In this document: positions 63,637 to 64,000 of the stretch, piece after piece
How the letters are laid out: each line of letters begins with the position of its first letter
How positions within the stretch are numbered: position 1 is the first letter of the stretch
Source: Myxococcales bacterium
Lineage (GTDB): Bacteria > Myxococcota_A > Polyangia > Polyangiales > DASUME01
Assembly: GCA_047601445.1 (NCBI GenBank)
Contig: JASGJH010000001.1
Location: forward strand, 608,001-672,000
Length of the DNA: 64,000 nucleotides
Reading direction: 5' to 3'
Program-made: the position numbers and the translations under genes
Notes under the pieces: generated by a model
Database searches by the model: none
Told to the model about the DNA's origin: nothing
The model's input: only the letters and a program-made list of their open reading frames with translations

Positions 63637-64000
63637 ATGGACGAGCGCGATCTCGAGCTCTTCGTACCGCTGCTACGGGCAGGTGGCGTGGTGGCCTGTC
63701 CCACCGATACGCTGCAGGGGCTGCTGGCTGACGCTTGGTCGGAGGCGGCCGTCCAGGCGGTGGTGACGCTCAAGCGGCGCGGACCCGACCCCATCGCCCT
63801 GATCCTGCCCTCGCTCGAGGCGCTCTCGCAGATCACCGATGTCTGTCCAGAGCCCGCGCGGGAGCTGGCGCGCCGCCACTGGCCGGGCCCACTGACTCTG
63901 CTGGTGAAGGCTCGCCCTGGACTGCCAGCGGCGCTGATCCGTGACGGCAAAGTGGGGGTGCGGGTCCCAGGACCGAGTCCCGCCCTCGAGCTGGTGCGTC
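63637..64000 (+). CDS. tsaC: L-threonylcarbamoyladenylate synthase (Sua5/TsaC), truncated by the window end
   Basis: Not in the ORF track; MDERDLE...GGVVACPTDT, LKRRG, HWPGPLTLLV, VGVRVP. Confidence 0.88.
   Translation, partial: MDERDLELFVPLLRAGGVVACPTDTLQGLLADAWSEAAVQAVVTLKRRGPDPIALILPSLEALSQITDVCPEPARELARRHWPGPLTLLVKARPGLPAALIRDGKVGVRVPGPSPALELVR

Overview
High-GC myxobacterial-type (Polyangia-like; inferred from gene content and codon style) chromosomal window, mostly housekeeping. In order: a FecR-type anti-sigma/ECF sigma/outer-membrane protein trio, a thioester alpha-2-macroglobulin lipoprotein, a BKACE enzyme, an MrfAB-like helicase/exonuclease pair, USP, a PHP metallohydrolase, pyrD, three glycosyltransferases with an ABC1 kinase, a degenerate glucokinase and ilvA, a TIGR03960/03936 radical SAM fusion, a futalosine-pathway menaquinone cluster running directly into an N6-adenine DNA methyltransferase whose frame continues into a Ser/Thr kinase, tkt, a MATE operon, mltG/yqgF/lipB/lpdA, Tex, hisN, dapB, queA/tgt, yceI, purH/purD and a partial tsaC. 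No rRNA, tRNA, CRISPR array or transposase was recognised. Best leads: (1) a leader-peptide attenuator with clear terminator/antiterminator pairing that controls MATE + four-helix-bundle + an unannotated 33-aa Tyr/Arg heptad peptide; (2) the MTase-kinase read-through, which may be a +1 frameshift artefact because three other genes here carry single-base +1 insertions; (3) a probably inactive glucokinase; (4) a GspG-like motif inside the A2M; (5) 37-bp inverted repeats flanking a beta-barrel gene. All calls come from motif recognition by eye; no searches were run.
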